Under the pieces are notes generated by a model, which saw only the letters and a list, made by a program, of their open reading frames with translations, did not search any database and had not been told where the DNA came from. Below are positions 37,695 to 47,373 of a stretch of 64,000 nt of DNA, in pieces. The stretch is taken from positions 7,901 through 71,900 of the forward strand of contig CACGPU010000005.1 in the NCBI GenBank assembly GCA_902575065.1, read 5' to 3'. A program made the position numbers and the translations under genes. Position 1 is the stretch's first letter. Each line of letters begins with the position of its first letter. The stretch comes from an uncultured Alphaproteobacteria bacterium (GTDB taxonomy: Bacteria; Pseudomonadota; Alphaproteobacteria; HIMB59).

Positions 37695-39380
37695 TTAATT
37701 TAAATATTTTTCGGCACTTTGTTGACAACTTTTTAGTGTAGCTTCCAAATCCTTATTCAAAAAAATATACTCATAAATTTTATGACCAACATCTTCAATA
37801 ATATTTGAATAGGTCGGTAGAGGATATCTTGCCCACTCTATAATTTTTTCCTCCTTTTCCATTTTATCAATTTCATTAAATATTGGACTTAGAGCTCTTA
37901 CTTCAGGATCATTAACGACACTAAAAACGGGAGATGATAAACTGCCATGTTCGATATAATATTTTATAAACTCAGGAGAGACAAAATTTCGAATATTTTT
38001 CATAACAAAAGGTATTTTTTCAGGAGAGATATTTGAAGGTATACCCAACGAAAACCCACCTATTGGAGATACTTGAAAAGAGGAATTTCCAGCTGGCCTA
38101 GGTAAATAACCAGTTTTCTTGTATGCGGGTGAAGCCTCATTTAGTTCAAACAAATGTGCTCTACTACTCCAATTCATTACCATTGCTGATTTACCCTGGC
38201 TATAATATTCAACGCATTCATCATTGGAATGAGCAGATAGCTCGTTTGGCGAGTATGCTGTCAATTTTTTCAACATTTTTGCTGCCTCAAAAGATGCATC
38301 AGATAAAAAATTTGCCTTTAAAAGTGTTTTTTCTACGTCCAAATCATAAATATTTTTTCCAATGTACCTTAAGTTTACATATGGTTTTCCATAATTTGCC
38401 ATAGCTAATATAAAACTAGTAGCAAGTGGTTGTCCTTTTTTAGCTGGCCAAGAAATAGGACTTTCTATCTGTTTATCAGCTTTTAATACATCACAGGCAC
38501 AGAGCAAATCCTGAAATGTTTTTGGTGGACTCAAAGCATATTTTTGAAAAATATCTGTTCTATAAAATAATAGATCAGGAATTGCCTCGATTGGTATCCC
38601 ATAAAGTTTTTTATTAAAAGAACTTGACCTTACTCCTGAATAGTGAAAGTCATTTAAATTTATCCCAACATCTTTAACAAAATTATTTAAAGGAAGAAGG
38701 CAATTTAATTTAGTTAACTGTCCAATCCATGGAATATTAAAAGCAATAATGTCAAATTTAGACTTTTTATTTGATGAGGAATTTTTAATTATTTCATTAA
38801 GTAGTTTATTCAAATCACCTTCTATAGTAAGTTCAATTTCACAATCAAGTATATATTCAAAAAAATCAATATTCTTATTTATTACTTTAAATGTGGGATT
38901 ATCATTGGCAAGAAAGTTAATTTTTTTATATTTTTTATTTTGATTAATTATAACATTTGGTGCAGGTATAATATTTCCTGCGGATAAGGATGTTCCAAAA
39001 AAATAATTGTCATTAAAATCGCTGTAACCTAAGTTCAAGGCCACCTCTTTTTTGATAGAAAGTAAATAATCTGTGAATTCTTTAATAAGATTACTACTTG
39101 GATGAATAGAGAAAGATTTACCTGACTTAGTTTTTGATCTTTGAATTAATTTTTTTTCTTGAATGAGTTTTTTTACTCTTCTCAAACCAGTTGCAAATGG
39201 CAAACCTGATGCCTGTATGATACTCGTAGTAGTGGTAATTTTATTGTCAAGATGGTTGATGATGACATAAGAAAAAATATTCCAATCAGCGTCAATTGTT
39301 TTAATTGAAATAGATCTGTTAAATAAAAGTCTCGTTTTATCTACGAATTTTAAAAGAGTGATTATCTCGTTTCTATTCAT
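37695..39380 (-). CDS. putative one-component regulator: N-terminal winged HTH fused to family-1 solute-binding domain
   Basis: No signal peptide. N-terminal TTTSIIQASGLPFATGLRRVKKL...KSGKSFSIHPS looks like a wHTH. C-terminal LYGIP, LFYRTDIF, PPKTF, GKSAM..NW, GGFSLGIP looks like SBP_bac_1. Divergent from the ABC operon. Confidence 0.75.
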   Translation of the reverse strand: MNRNEIITLLKFVDKTRLLFNRSISIKTIDADWNIFSYVIINHLDNKITTTTSIIQASGLPFATGLRRVKKLIQEKKLIQRSKTKSGKSFSIHPSSNLIKEFTDYLLSIKKEVALNLGYSDFNDNYFFGTSLSAGNIIPAPNVIINQNKKYKKINFLANDNPTFKVINKNIDFFEYILDCEIELTIEGDLNKLLNEIIKNSSSNKKSKFDIIAFNIPWIGQLTKLNCLLPLNNFVKDVGINLNDFHYSGVRSSSFNKKLYGIPIEAIPDLLFYRTDIFQKYALSPPKTFQDLLCACDVLKADKQIESPISWPAKKGQPLATSFILAMANYGKPYVNLRYIGKNIYDLDVEKTLLKANFLSDASFEAAKMLKKLTAYSPNELSAHSNDECVEYYSQGKSAMVMNWSSRAHLFELNEASPAYKKTGYLPRPAGNSSFQVSPIGGFSLGIPSNISPEKIPFVMKNIRNFVSPEFIKYYIEHGSLSSPVFSVVNDPEVRALSPIFNEIDKMEKEEKIIEWARYPLPTYSNIIEDVGHKIYEYIFLNKDLEATLKSCQQSAEKYLN

Positions 39381-39410
39381 TTGAGGGGATTATATTATAA
39401 ATTCATTAAA

Positions 39411-39427
39411 ATATTCAATTTGAATAT
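39411..39427. promoter_or_regulatory. candidate operator (site 2) between regulator and ABC operon
   Basis: Perfect arms ATATTCA-ATT-TGAATAT; centre 39 bp before GATAAT at 39458. Confidence 0.7.
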
Positions 39428-39492
39428 ATTAGAGATTAAATCTCTTAATAAATCATAGATAATTTCCAGATAAGGATATTAGGAGGATCAAT

Positions 39493-40536
39493 ATGAACAA
39501 ACTAATAAAAGTATTAGCTGTTCTAATGTGCTTTTCTTTCGGTTCAGCTAAAGCAGTTGAAATCGTCTCTTTTAACGCTGCATCATCTGAGGCTTATGTT
39601 GGTGCGTTCGTTAAAGGTATTAAAGCTACAGCAGAGCAATATGGCTATGATATTACTGTTTTTGAAAACAACTATAACCAAGCAGAGCAAAACCAACAAG
39701 TAGAACAATACTTGTCAAGTGGCGCACTACCTGATGTATTTATTTGGTGGCCACCTGATGCTGTTGCAGGTTTAGGTTCGTTAAGAAAGCTTGCTAAAAC
39801 TGGAGTACCAGTTTTAAAAATCAATCAGTTACCTAATGAGCAAGATAAGGCATTCATCTTTGGATATGCCGGACCAGATGATAGTCTTCGCGCTTATAAC
39901 GCAGGTGAGATGATGGTTAAAGCTATGAAGATGAAACAAGCTGCTGGTGGAGATGGATATAATGTAATTGCATTATCATATCCTCACTCTTACGGTGGAT
40001 ATGGCTTATCAATAAATGCTTTCAAACAAGCTATCGCTGGAACTGACTTAAATCTTATCGGTGACATCGGTGAGGGATTTGGACAGGCTAACGGTTATAA
40101 AGGAGCAGCTAAGCTAATAGCTAAAGTTAAAGATCAGGGAATTCATTTTGTATATGGTATGGACGACGCGATCTTAACTGGTGGTATTAAGGCTTTAGAA
40201 GAAGCTGGTTATAATGTTGACTGGTATGCAGGTACTGGCAAAAGTGGCAGTGTAGATAGTGATGCTGTTATTACAGTTGGTACTGTGTGTAACGGTGATA
40301 AGCAGATGATTACTGATGGAAAGCAATTTGGTACTACTCTACAATCACCTCTTCATGAAGGTCAATTAGCTATAGCTCTTGTTAAAGAGTACATGGAGAA
40401 CGGTAAGCTAGCAAACTACATTAACTTTACGCCTAACCCTTCAGTGACTGGTGCCACTATGGACTTCACAGCACTTAGAGGCTTTGATGGTAAGTTATAT
40501 GGCATCAACGAGCTTTGCTCAGGTGCTTGGGACTAA
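39493..40536 (+). CDS. sugar-type (Peripla_BP_4-like) ABC substrate-binding protein, divergent
   Basis: Signal peptide ending AKA; GIKATAEQYG, QNQQVE, GVPV, YGMDD, QSP..EG..A; AGGAGG SD; codon usage like the other SBP genes. Confidence 0.8.
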   Translation: MNKLIKVLAVLMCFSFGSAKAVEIVSFNAASSEAYVGAFVKGIKATAEQYGYDITVFENNYNQAEQNQQVEQYLSSGALPDVFIWWPPDAVAGLGSLRKLAKTGVPVLKINQLPNEQDKAFIFGYAGPDDSLRAYNAGEMMVKAMKMKQAAGGDGYNVIALSYPHSYGGYGLSINAFKQAIAGTDLNLIGDIGEGFGQANGYKGAAKLIAKVKDQGIHFVYGMDDAILTGGIKALEEAGYNVDWYAGTGKSGSVDSDAVITVGTVCNGDKQMITDGKQFGTTLQSPLHEGQLAIALVKEYMENGKLANYINFTPNPSVTGATMDFTALRGFDGKLYGINELCSGAWD

Positions 40537-40561
40537 GCTTTAGTCTCTTCATAATAATTTT

Positions 40562-40590
40562 TACACACAGGGGAACCATCCCTGTGTGTA
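40562..40590 (+). terminator. stem-loop after SBP gene
   Basis: TACACACAGGG-GAACCAT-CCCTGTGTGTA, 11-bp perfect stem. Confidence 0.75.
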
Positions 40591-40626
40591 GTTAATAAAT
40601 AAAAAAGGTGTACAATCTCTTTTAAT

Positions 40627-42135
40627 ATGTCCACAAATCCAATTCTCAAAATTTCAAAAGTTTCTAGGACTTTTGGTGCAATACAGGCTCTAAAAGAGGC
40701 AAATTTTGAGATAAATGAAGGTGAAATTATGGGACTAGTTGGAGAAAATGGAGCTGGAAAATCAACTCTTGTAAAAATTATAAGTGGATTTGACCCAGGG
40801 TTTAAAGGCAGCTATCAAATCAATGGTAAAGAAGTAAAATTTGAAACGCCTTCACAAGCAGAGGAGTCTGGCATAGCTATTGCTCAACAAGAATTAAGTT
40901 TGATTCCTAATATGTCAGTCGCAGAAAATATTTTTCTTACTGGGGCTAAAGTAAAAAAATTTGCCACTCTTAATACATTGGCAAAGATGGCACGCCCATA
41001 TCTTGATGAAGTTGGATTAACTGAAGTAGACCCAACTACTAGGATAAATTTATTATCTGTTGGTGAACAACATTTGGTAGAAGTAGCTAGATTAATTTCG
41101 AGAGAAGCAAAAATTTTAATTTTAGATGAGCCTACAGCTGCGTTGGGTGAAGCAGAGAGTCGAAGAATTTTAGAAATGGTTGAGCGTCTTGCAGCAAATG
41201 GTAAATCAATAATATATGTAAGTCATAGACTGGACGAAATTTTTAAGATTACAAAAAGAATAACAATATTAAGAGATGGAGTAAGTCAAGGTATTCAAGA
41301 AACTAAAGATATTGATGTAAATAAACTAGTTGAAATTATGCTTGGAAGAGAATTGGCAAATATGTTCCCATCAAAAGCTGACCATATAAGTGATGATCCA
41401 AAATTAGAAGTAAAAGAACTTTGGCCTGATGGCGTTTTAGAGCCGGTTAGTTTTTCAGCCTTCAAGGGAGAGATACTTGGACTCTCTGGGCAACTTGGTA
41501 GTGGAGCAGGTGAAGTATTAGCCTCAATAGCAGGCGCACTTCAATCTAGATCAGGTTCACTCACTTTGAACGGTGAAACCTTTTTACCAAAATCACCAAG
41601 TCATGCTATAAAGAAAAAAATCGCATATTGCTCCTCCGATAGAAAAAAAGATGGTCTTTTTCTTGGACGTCCAATATTTGAGAATTTAACCTCCCCAGCA
41701 CTTGGTGCTATATCAAAATATGGTTTTAACTTTGGCAGTTCTGAGGATAATTATTCCAAAAATTTAGCAAAAGAGTTCTTAATTGATGTCAAAAGAATGC
41801 ACGATGAGTCAGGTCTTTTAAGTGGCGGAAATCAACAAAAAGTAGCATTAGGAAAATGGCTTTCAATTAAGCCCGATGTATTGCTTGTGAATGAGCCGAC
41901 AAGAGGTGTTGATGTTGGTGCTAAATCAGAGATATATCAAAGAATGAGAGAATTAGCAGCAAGGGGAATTACAATTATTTTTGCCTCTACTGATATCCAA
42001 GAAATCACATATCTTCCTGACAGGGTGATTACATTTTATAGAGGAATGATGATTGATGAACACCGATTAGAAAAAATTAAAACACCTCTTATTCTTAAAG
42101 AGATTACTGACCCATTTAATGAGACAAACCTATGA
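40627..42135 (+). CDS. sugar ABC transporter ATP-binding protein (RbsA/MglA two-domain)
   Basis: GENGAGKS, QELSL, LDEPT, SHRLDE, DRKKDGL, LSGGNQQKV, EPTRGVDVGAK. Confidence 0.93.
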   Translation: MSTNPILKISKVSRTFGAIQALKEANFEINEGEIMGLVGENGAGKSTLVKIISGFDPGFKGSYQINGKEVKFETPSQAEESGIAIAQQELSLIPNMSVAENIFLTGAKVKKFATLNTLAKMARPYLDEVGLTEVDPTTRINLLSVGEQHLVEVARLISREAKILILDEPTAALGEAESRRILEMVERLAANGKSIIYVSHRLDEIFKITKRITILRDGVSQGIQETKDIDVNKLVEIMLGRELANMFPSKADHISDDPKLEVKELWPDGVLEPVSFSAFKGEILGLSGQLGSGAGEVLASIAGALQSRSGSLTLNGETFLPKSPSHAIKKKIAYCSSDRKKDGLFLGRPIFENLTSPALGAISKYGFNFGSSEDNYSKNLAKEFLIDVKRMHDESGLLSGGNQQKVALGKWLSIKPDVLLVNEPTRGVDVGAKSEIYQRMRELAARGITIIFASTDIQEITYLPDRVITFYRGMMIDEHRLEKIKTPLILKEITDPFNETNL

Positions 42136-43172
42136 ATGCTATCATCGAAAATAATCAATTACCTTTTTCTGCAAAATTTCTACAATTCTATAAAGATCGC
42201 ACACTTCTTGCTATTTTGTTGTCACTTTTTGCTGTGATGTTTATATATGGAATTTTTTTCACAGAAAATTATTTAACAATAACCAATTTTAAAGCAATTA
42301 TCAGAGATGCAGCACTATATGGCATTATGGCTATAGGACTTACATTTGTAACTTTGTCAGGAAATTTTTTTTTATTGTCATTAAAAGAAACAGCATCAAT
42401 TTGTGGTGTTACGTTTGCCATGGGTATGGCTACTGGTTTTGGATCACCGGATCTTGCAGGAAACTTTTTAGTTTCACTATTAGCTGCTTTAGCAGTAGGT
42501 GTCGTAAGTGGAGTAATACAAGGATATTTTGTTGGAATGGGAGGCAACCCAATTGTAGTAACATTAGGTGGAGCAGGCATCTTATATGGTATTGGTGCAT
42601 GGTGGAGTGATAACCTTGTAATAAACTTTACTAGACCTCATGATGCAGAATGGTTAGGAACTGGTTCTTTTTTGGGTCTACCAAGTATCACATGGTCTTT
42701 TATTTTAATTGCCATTGCAGCTGAGATAGTTTTAAGACATACAAATTTTGGAAGGAAAGTTTATTTAGTTGGAGCAAACAAAGCTGCTGGAAAAGCCACT
42801 GGCCATGAAAATTTTTCCATGGCGATAATTGTTTTCACAATCTGTTCTGTTTGTTGTGCATTTGTTGCAGTAGCTTTTGTTGCTCAAATGGATAGTGCTC
42901 AATCTAATTATTTTTCTGCAGAATTTGGATCATCAGGTGATATGACAATACTCGTTATAGCAACTGTCATGGTTGGTGGAAATTCAATAATGGGTGGTTA
43001 TGGATCTACTTTAAGAACTAGTTTGGGAGCAATTTTTATTGCTATGGTTGATAATATGATGGTTTTACAAGGATTTAATAGTGGACCTAGAATAGTTGGT
43101 GTGGGCTTAATGATCGTGTTTAGTATCATTGTTTTTGGTTTATTTGCTAAAGGAAGTAGGGCTCAGGAATAA
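42132..43172 (+). CDS. sugar ABC permease
   Basis: Hydrophobic; PIVVTLG, FGRKVYLVGAN, VGGNSIMGGYG. Confidence 0.88.
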   Translation: MNAIIENNQLPFSAKFLQFYKDRTLLAILLSLFAVMFIYGIFFTENYLTITNFKAIIRDAALYGIMAIGLTFVTLSGNFFLLSLKETASICGVTFAMGMATGFGSPDLAGNFLVSLLAALAVGVVSGVIQGYFVGMGGNPIVVTLGGAGILYGIGAWWSDNLVINFTRPHDAEWLGTGSFLGLPSITWSFILIAIAAEIVLRHTNFGRKVYLVGANKAAGKATGHENFSMAIIVFTICSVCCAFVAVAFVAQMDSAQSNYFSAEFGSSGDMTILVIATVMVGGNSIMGGYGSTLRTSLGAIFIAMVDNMMVLQGFNSGPRIVGVGLMIVFSIIVFGLFAKGSRAQE

Positions 43173-44206
43173 TGGAAAATTTTATAAAAAAGATTACAAA
43201 AGACGTAGATCTCTCTTTTGCAATCTTATTATCATTTTGTGTTTACGTATTCTTTGCAATTAATATTGAAGTTTTCTTTAGCCACAATATTAGTTTCGCT
43301 ATTCTTGAAAGGTTTGCAGTCTTGGGTCTTGTAGGTTTAGCATTAACAATTTGTATAATTGCTGGAGAAATTGATTTATCAATTGGGTCCAACGCAGCCC
43401 TATGCGCTGTGATAGTTGTAAAATTAACAGACCCCTTAGGCGCCCCATTAGCGATGATTATAGGACTTTCAGTTTCAACTTTAATCGGTGCAACACAAGG
43501 TTTTGTTATAGCTTTCATAAGAATAAGAGCGATTGTGATTACAGTTGGTACGCTAATGTTGCTCAGAGGTGTGGCTTTACTAATTGCTGAAGAAAAAACA
43601 GTTATGTTAACAGATTTTAGAGTTCCTGATTTTATTACTACTAAAGTTTTAATGTATTTTTCACCTGCTAGCCTAACGGTTATCCTCATATTCATTTGTG
43701 TAGGAATTTTTATGCGTTACACAAAATATGGAAGAGAAATATATGCGATCGGTGGAGCAAGAAAAGAAGCACTCACTGCAGGTATACCTTTAAGACGCCC
43801 AATGATTATAGCCTTTGCCTTGTCAGGTTTTTGTGCCGGTTTTGCTGGAACCGTAATTGGTTTGAAATCAGGGACTGCTCAAGGTTTAGGACTACAATAC
43901 CTTCTTTTAGCAGGAACTGTTGCAGCTTTTGTTGGAGGTGTGAGCATACTAGGAGGAAAGGGTGGTGTTTTAGGAGCAGCTATCGGAGCTTTAACAGTTA
44001 ATTTTTTAAATACTGGTCTCGTATTTTATGCACTTCAGGTCCATTTCGTTCAATTATTCACATCTGTGCTTTTGGTTATAGTTATAGTTTTTCAAACTAT
44101 GTCTAGGGTATTTGACTCTCGGCAAGCTAGGAAGAGTCTGCTTGCCACAATTGATGAACGAAAAACATCTTTGCTAGAAAAAAAGAGATCGGCTTTAGGT
44201 AGATAA
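43172..44206 (+). CDS. sugar ABC permease
   Basis: GEIDLSIGS, YGREIYAIGG, VGGVSILGGKG. Confidence 0.9.
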   Translation: MENFIKKITKDVDLSFAILLSFCVYVFFAINIEVFFSHNISFAILERFAVLGLVGLALTICIIAGEIDLSIGSNAALCAVIVVKLTDPLGAPLAMIIGLSVSTLIGATQGFVIAFIRIRAIVITVGTLMLLRGVALLIAEEKTVMLTDFRVPDFITTKVLMYFSPASLTVILIFICVGIFMRYTKYGREIYAIGGARKEALTAGIPLRRPMIIAFALSGFCAGFAGTVIGLKSGTAQGLGLQYLLLAGTVAAFVGGVSILGGKGGVLGAAIGALTVNFLNTGLVFYALQVHFVQLFTSVLLVIVIVFQTMSRVFDSRQARKSLLATIDERKTSLLEKKRSALGR

Positions 44207-44222
44207 TATTCATTTTGAATAT
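44206..44222. promoter_or_regulatory. candidate operator (site 3) upstream of SDR-M24-E1 operon
   Basis: ATATTCA-TTT-TGAATAT; 19/20 identical to 39411-39430 when the following ATT is included; centre 39 bp before TATAAT at 44253. Confidence 0.7.
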
Positions 44223-44275
44223 ATTTGAAGTCAGTAATTCAAATACATATTATATAATAAAGTTGGAGGAAATTT

Positions 44276-45079
44276 ATGGATAAAGAGAGACTAAAAGGGA
44301 AAAATGTCCTAATTACTGGCGCTGCACAAGGTATGGGCGCTGCAGTAGGCGAGCACTTTGCTGCCCAAGGAGCCAAAATTTGTCTAACAGATGTAAACCT
44401 TGACGGTTGTAAAGAGGTTGAAGAGAGAATTAGGTCAGCTGGAGGTGAGGCTATTTCATGTAAAGTAGACGTGCGAAATCGAGAAGATCACGTAGCTGCT
44501 GTAAAAGCAACAGTTGAAAATTTTGGTAGTCTTAATGTTTCTATAAATAATGCTGGAGTAAACAAACCACTCTTCTTCATGGATATAACTGAGGAAAATT
44601 ATGATTTTATTATGGATATAAATGTTCGAGGAGCTCTTTTAGGTATGCAAGAGCAAGCTCGGCAAATGATTAAACAAGGTAAACAAAAAGAACCATATAA
44701 AATTATTCATGTAGCTTCTATTTTATCCAGGGAAACTTTTGATGATGTTGTGGTTTATGGAATGAGCAAACATGCCATAGCTGCTTTAATAAAAGGTGGT
44801 GCAAAAAGTTTAGTTGAGCATGGCATTACCGTTAATGGATATGGCCCTGGCGTAGTAAGAACAGAGTTATGGGAGCAACTAGATAAAGATTTAGTTGCAA
44901 TTGGAAAATTTGATAAACCCGGAGAGTCAATGGACTCAATTGCAGAGAATATGATTTTGATGAAGAGGTATTCCTATCCTGAAGACGTTGTGGGCACAGC
45001 ATCATTTTTAGCGTCAAGTGAGTCTGATTACATGACAGGACAAATACTTATGATTGATGGAGGAATGGTAATTCAATAA
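44276..45079 (+). CDS. SDR oxidoreductase, acetoin reductase/polyol dehydrogenase-like
   Basis: TGAAQGMG, NNAG, YGMSK, VNGYGPGVVRTELWEQLD (BudC/PolS-like), MTGQ..IDGG. Confidence 0.85.
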   Translation: MDKERLKGKNVLITGAAQGMGAAVGEHFAAQGAKICLTDVNLDGCKEVEERIRSAGGEAISCKVDVRNREDHVAAVKATVENFGSLNVSINNAGVNKPLFFMDITEENYDFIMDINVRGALLGMQEQARQMIKQGKQKEPYKIIHVASILSRETFDDVVVYGMSKHAIAALIKGGAKSLVEHGITVNGYGPGVVRTELWEQLDKDLVAIGKFDKPGESMDSIAENMILMKRYSYPEDVVGTASFLASSESDYMTGQILMIDGGMVIQ

Positions 45080-46369
45080 ATGAGCGAACCTTCAATCATA
45101 AAACCTGAAGATATAAATCCAAATTACGATTGGCATAGAAGAGTACCATCTCATGGAAGAACAAATGTAGATTATGAAGAGAGAATTAACTTTCCTAGAC
45201 TTCACAAATATAGACTGGGAAGAGCTAGAGAGGCTCTAAAAAATTCAAAAGCCGGTTCACTCCTTTGTTTTGATAATAACAACATAAGATATCTCACAAG
45301 CACAGTTATTGGAGAGTGGTCAAGAGACAAAATATGTAGATATTCTCTATTAGCTCAAGACCATGATCCTGTGCTGTGGGATTTCGGTTCAGCTGCTAAA
45401 CATCACCAATTATTTTCGCCTTGGCTTCCAAAAGAAAGTTGGAAGGCAGGGATGGTAGGCTTAAGGGGTACAGTTCATCCTGATGCAGGATTAATGAAAA
45501 ATGCTGCAAAAGAAATAAAATCAATTTTAAATGAGAAGGGATTAGCAAATGAACCCGTAGGTGTGGATCTTGTTGAACCAGCAATGATGTTTGCTCTTCA
45601 AGCAGAGGGTCTAGAGATAATTGATGGACAGCAAATTCTTCTCGAAGCCAGGGAAATAAAATCAAGAGATGAGCTAATGTTATTAAACCAGGCTGCATCG
45701 ATGGTTGATGCAACTTATCATCAAATTTATGAGACTATGAAGCCAGGCGTTAGTGAAGCTCAAATAGTTGCTAATGCAAATAAGCTTTTATACGAACTTG
45801 GTTCAGATGATGTCGAGGCAATAAATGCCATTTCAGGTGAAAGATGTAATCCGCATCCACATAATTTTACAGATAGAATTTTCAGACCTGGTGATCAAGC
45901 TTTCTTTGACATACTTCAATCTTATATGGGCTACAGGACCTGTTATTATAGAACCTTCAATATTGGACGAGCATCAGACTCTCAAAATGATGCCTACAAG
46001 CAGTGTCGAGAGTGGCTAGACAAAGCCATTGAACTTGTAAAACCTGGAGTATCTACAGATAAAATTGCATCAGTATGGCCGAAGGCTGAAGAATTTGGTT
46101 TTGCAAATGAAATGTCAGCATTCGCATTACAGTTTGGACATGGTTTAGGTTTGGCAATTCATGAAAGACCAATAATCAGTAGATTGGTTTCAATGGACTC
46201 ACCTGATGAAATTAAAGAAGGAATGGTTTTTGCTCTTGAAACCTATTGTCCTGCAAAAGATGGTTATTCTGCTGCAAGAATTGAAGAAGAATTGATTGTT
46301 ACTGATAAAGGATGCCAAGTAATTTCCTTGTTCCCTGCTGAAGATCTACCTATTGCTTATAAATATTAA
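45080..46369 (+). CDS. M24 (pita-bread fold) hydrolase with creatinase-type N-domain
   Basis: NIRY, AREIKS..E, FFD277, GYRTC288YYRT, GHGLGLAIHE, ALETY, ARIEEE. Confidence 0.85.
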   Translation: MSEPSIIKPEDINPNYDWHRRVPSHGRTNVDYEERINFPRLHKYRLGRAREALKNSKAGSLLCFDNNNIRYLTSTVIGEWSRDKICRYSLLAQDHDPVLWDFGSAAKHHQLFSPWLPKESWKAGMVGLRGTVHPDAGLMKNAAKEIKSILNEKGLANEPVGVDLVEPAMMFALQAEGLEIIDGQQILLEAREIKSRDELMLLNQAASMVDATYHQIYETMKPGVSEAQIVANANKLLYELGSDDVEAINAISGERCNPHPHNFTDRIFRPGDQAFFDILQSYMGYRTCYYRTFNIGRASDSQNDAYKQCREWLDKAIELVKPGVSTDKIASVWPKAEEFGFANEMSAFALQFGHGLGLAIHERPIISRLVSMDSPDEIKEGMVFALETYCPAKDGYSAARIEEELIVTDKGCQVISLFPAEDLPIAYKY

Positions 46370-47373
46370 TGGTAGATAAATTAAATGACGATATAGGGGA
46401 AGAGAAAAGACTTCAATTATGGGAAATGATGCTGAAATTAAGGTTAGTCGAAAAAAAAGCATATGATCTTTTTCTTCAAAATCTTATCAAAGGTACTAGC
46501 CATTTAGCTCTGGGTCAGGAAGCTATCGCAGGTGCCTTTGGAGTCGCCTTGAAACAAGGCGATTATACATTTTGCACATACCGTGGGCACGCACATACAC
46601 TCGCAAGAGGATCCTCAATCGAAGGAGTTTTAGGAGAATTAATGGGTAGACAGTGTGGCTTGATGAAAGGTAAAGGAGGATCCATGCACCTTACAGATGT
46701 AGATAAAGGAGTTATGGGTTCATATGCAATTATAGGTGCTCATTTAACTATAGCCAATGGAACTGCTTTAGCATCAAAATATAATAAAACAAATGAGGTA
46801 AGCGTTTGCTTTTTTGGAGACGGTACTACGAATATCGGAGCATTCCATGAGGCATTGAACATGGCAAAAATATGGAATTTACCCATAGTGTTTGTTTGTG
46901 AAAATAATTTATATATGGAATATACACCAATTCATGAAGTTACTGCTGTTGAGCACCCAGCTGCTGATAGAGCAGGCGCATACGATTTAGATAAAATTAT
47001 TGTGGACGGAAATGATGCTGATGAAATGCTTAGAACAGCAGAAAAAGCTATTTCAAAAGCGAGAGAGGGTAAAGGTCCAAGTTTAATTGAAGCCAAGACT
47101 TATCGACATAGTGGGCATTCAAGAGCTGACCCAGGTAAGTACAGACCTGATGAGGAAGTAAAAGACTGGATGGAAAACAAAGACCCAATAAAAAATTACA
47201 GAGCAAAGTTATTAGATTTTAATATCAATGAAAAAATAATTTCTGAAATTGAGGAGAAAATTAAAGATCAAGTTGAAAAAGCAACTGAAATTTCCATGGC
47301 TTCTCCAATTCCAGAAATTAAAGAAATATATACTGATGTATGGGCTAATGGAGGTTCTGAGTGGCACAATTAA
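46369..47373 (+). CDS. TPP-dependent dehydrogenase E1 alpha (acetoin/pyruvate dehydrogenase family)
   Basis: GQEA, TYRGH, GKGGSMH, GDGTTN...CENN TPP motif, TYRHSGHSRAD. Confidence 0.92.
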   Translation: MVDKLNDDIGEEKRLQLWEMMLKLRLVEKKAYDLFLQNLIKGTSHLALGQEAIAGAFGVALKQGDYTFCTYRGHAHTLARGSSIEGVLGELMGRQCGLMKGKGGSMHLTDVDKGVMGSYAIIGAHLTIANGTALASKYNKTNEVSVCFFGDGTTNIGAFHEALNMAKIWNLPIVFVCENNLYMEYTPIHEVTAVEHPAADRAGAYDLDKIIVDGNDADEMLRTAEKAISKAREGKGPSLIEAKTYRHSGHSRADPGKYRPDEEVKDWMENKDPIKNYRAKLLDFNINEKIISEIEEKIKDQVEKATEISMASPIPEIKEIYTDVWANGGSEWHN

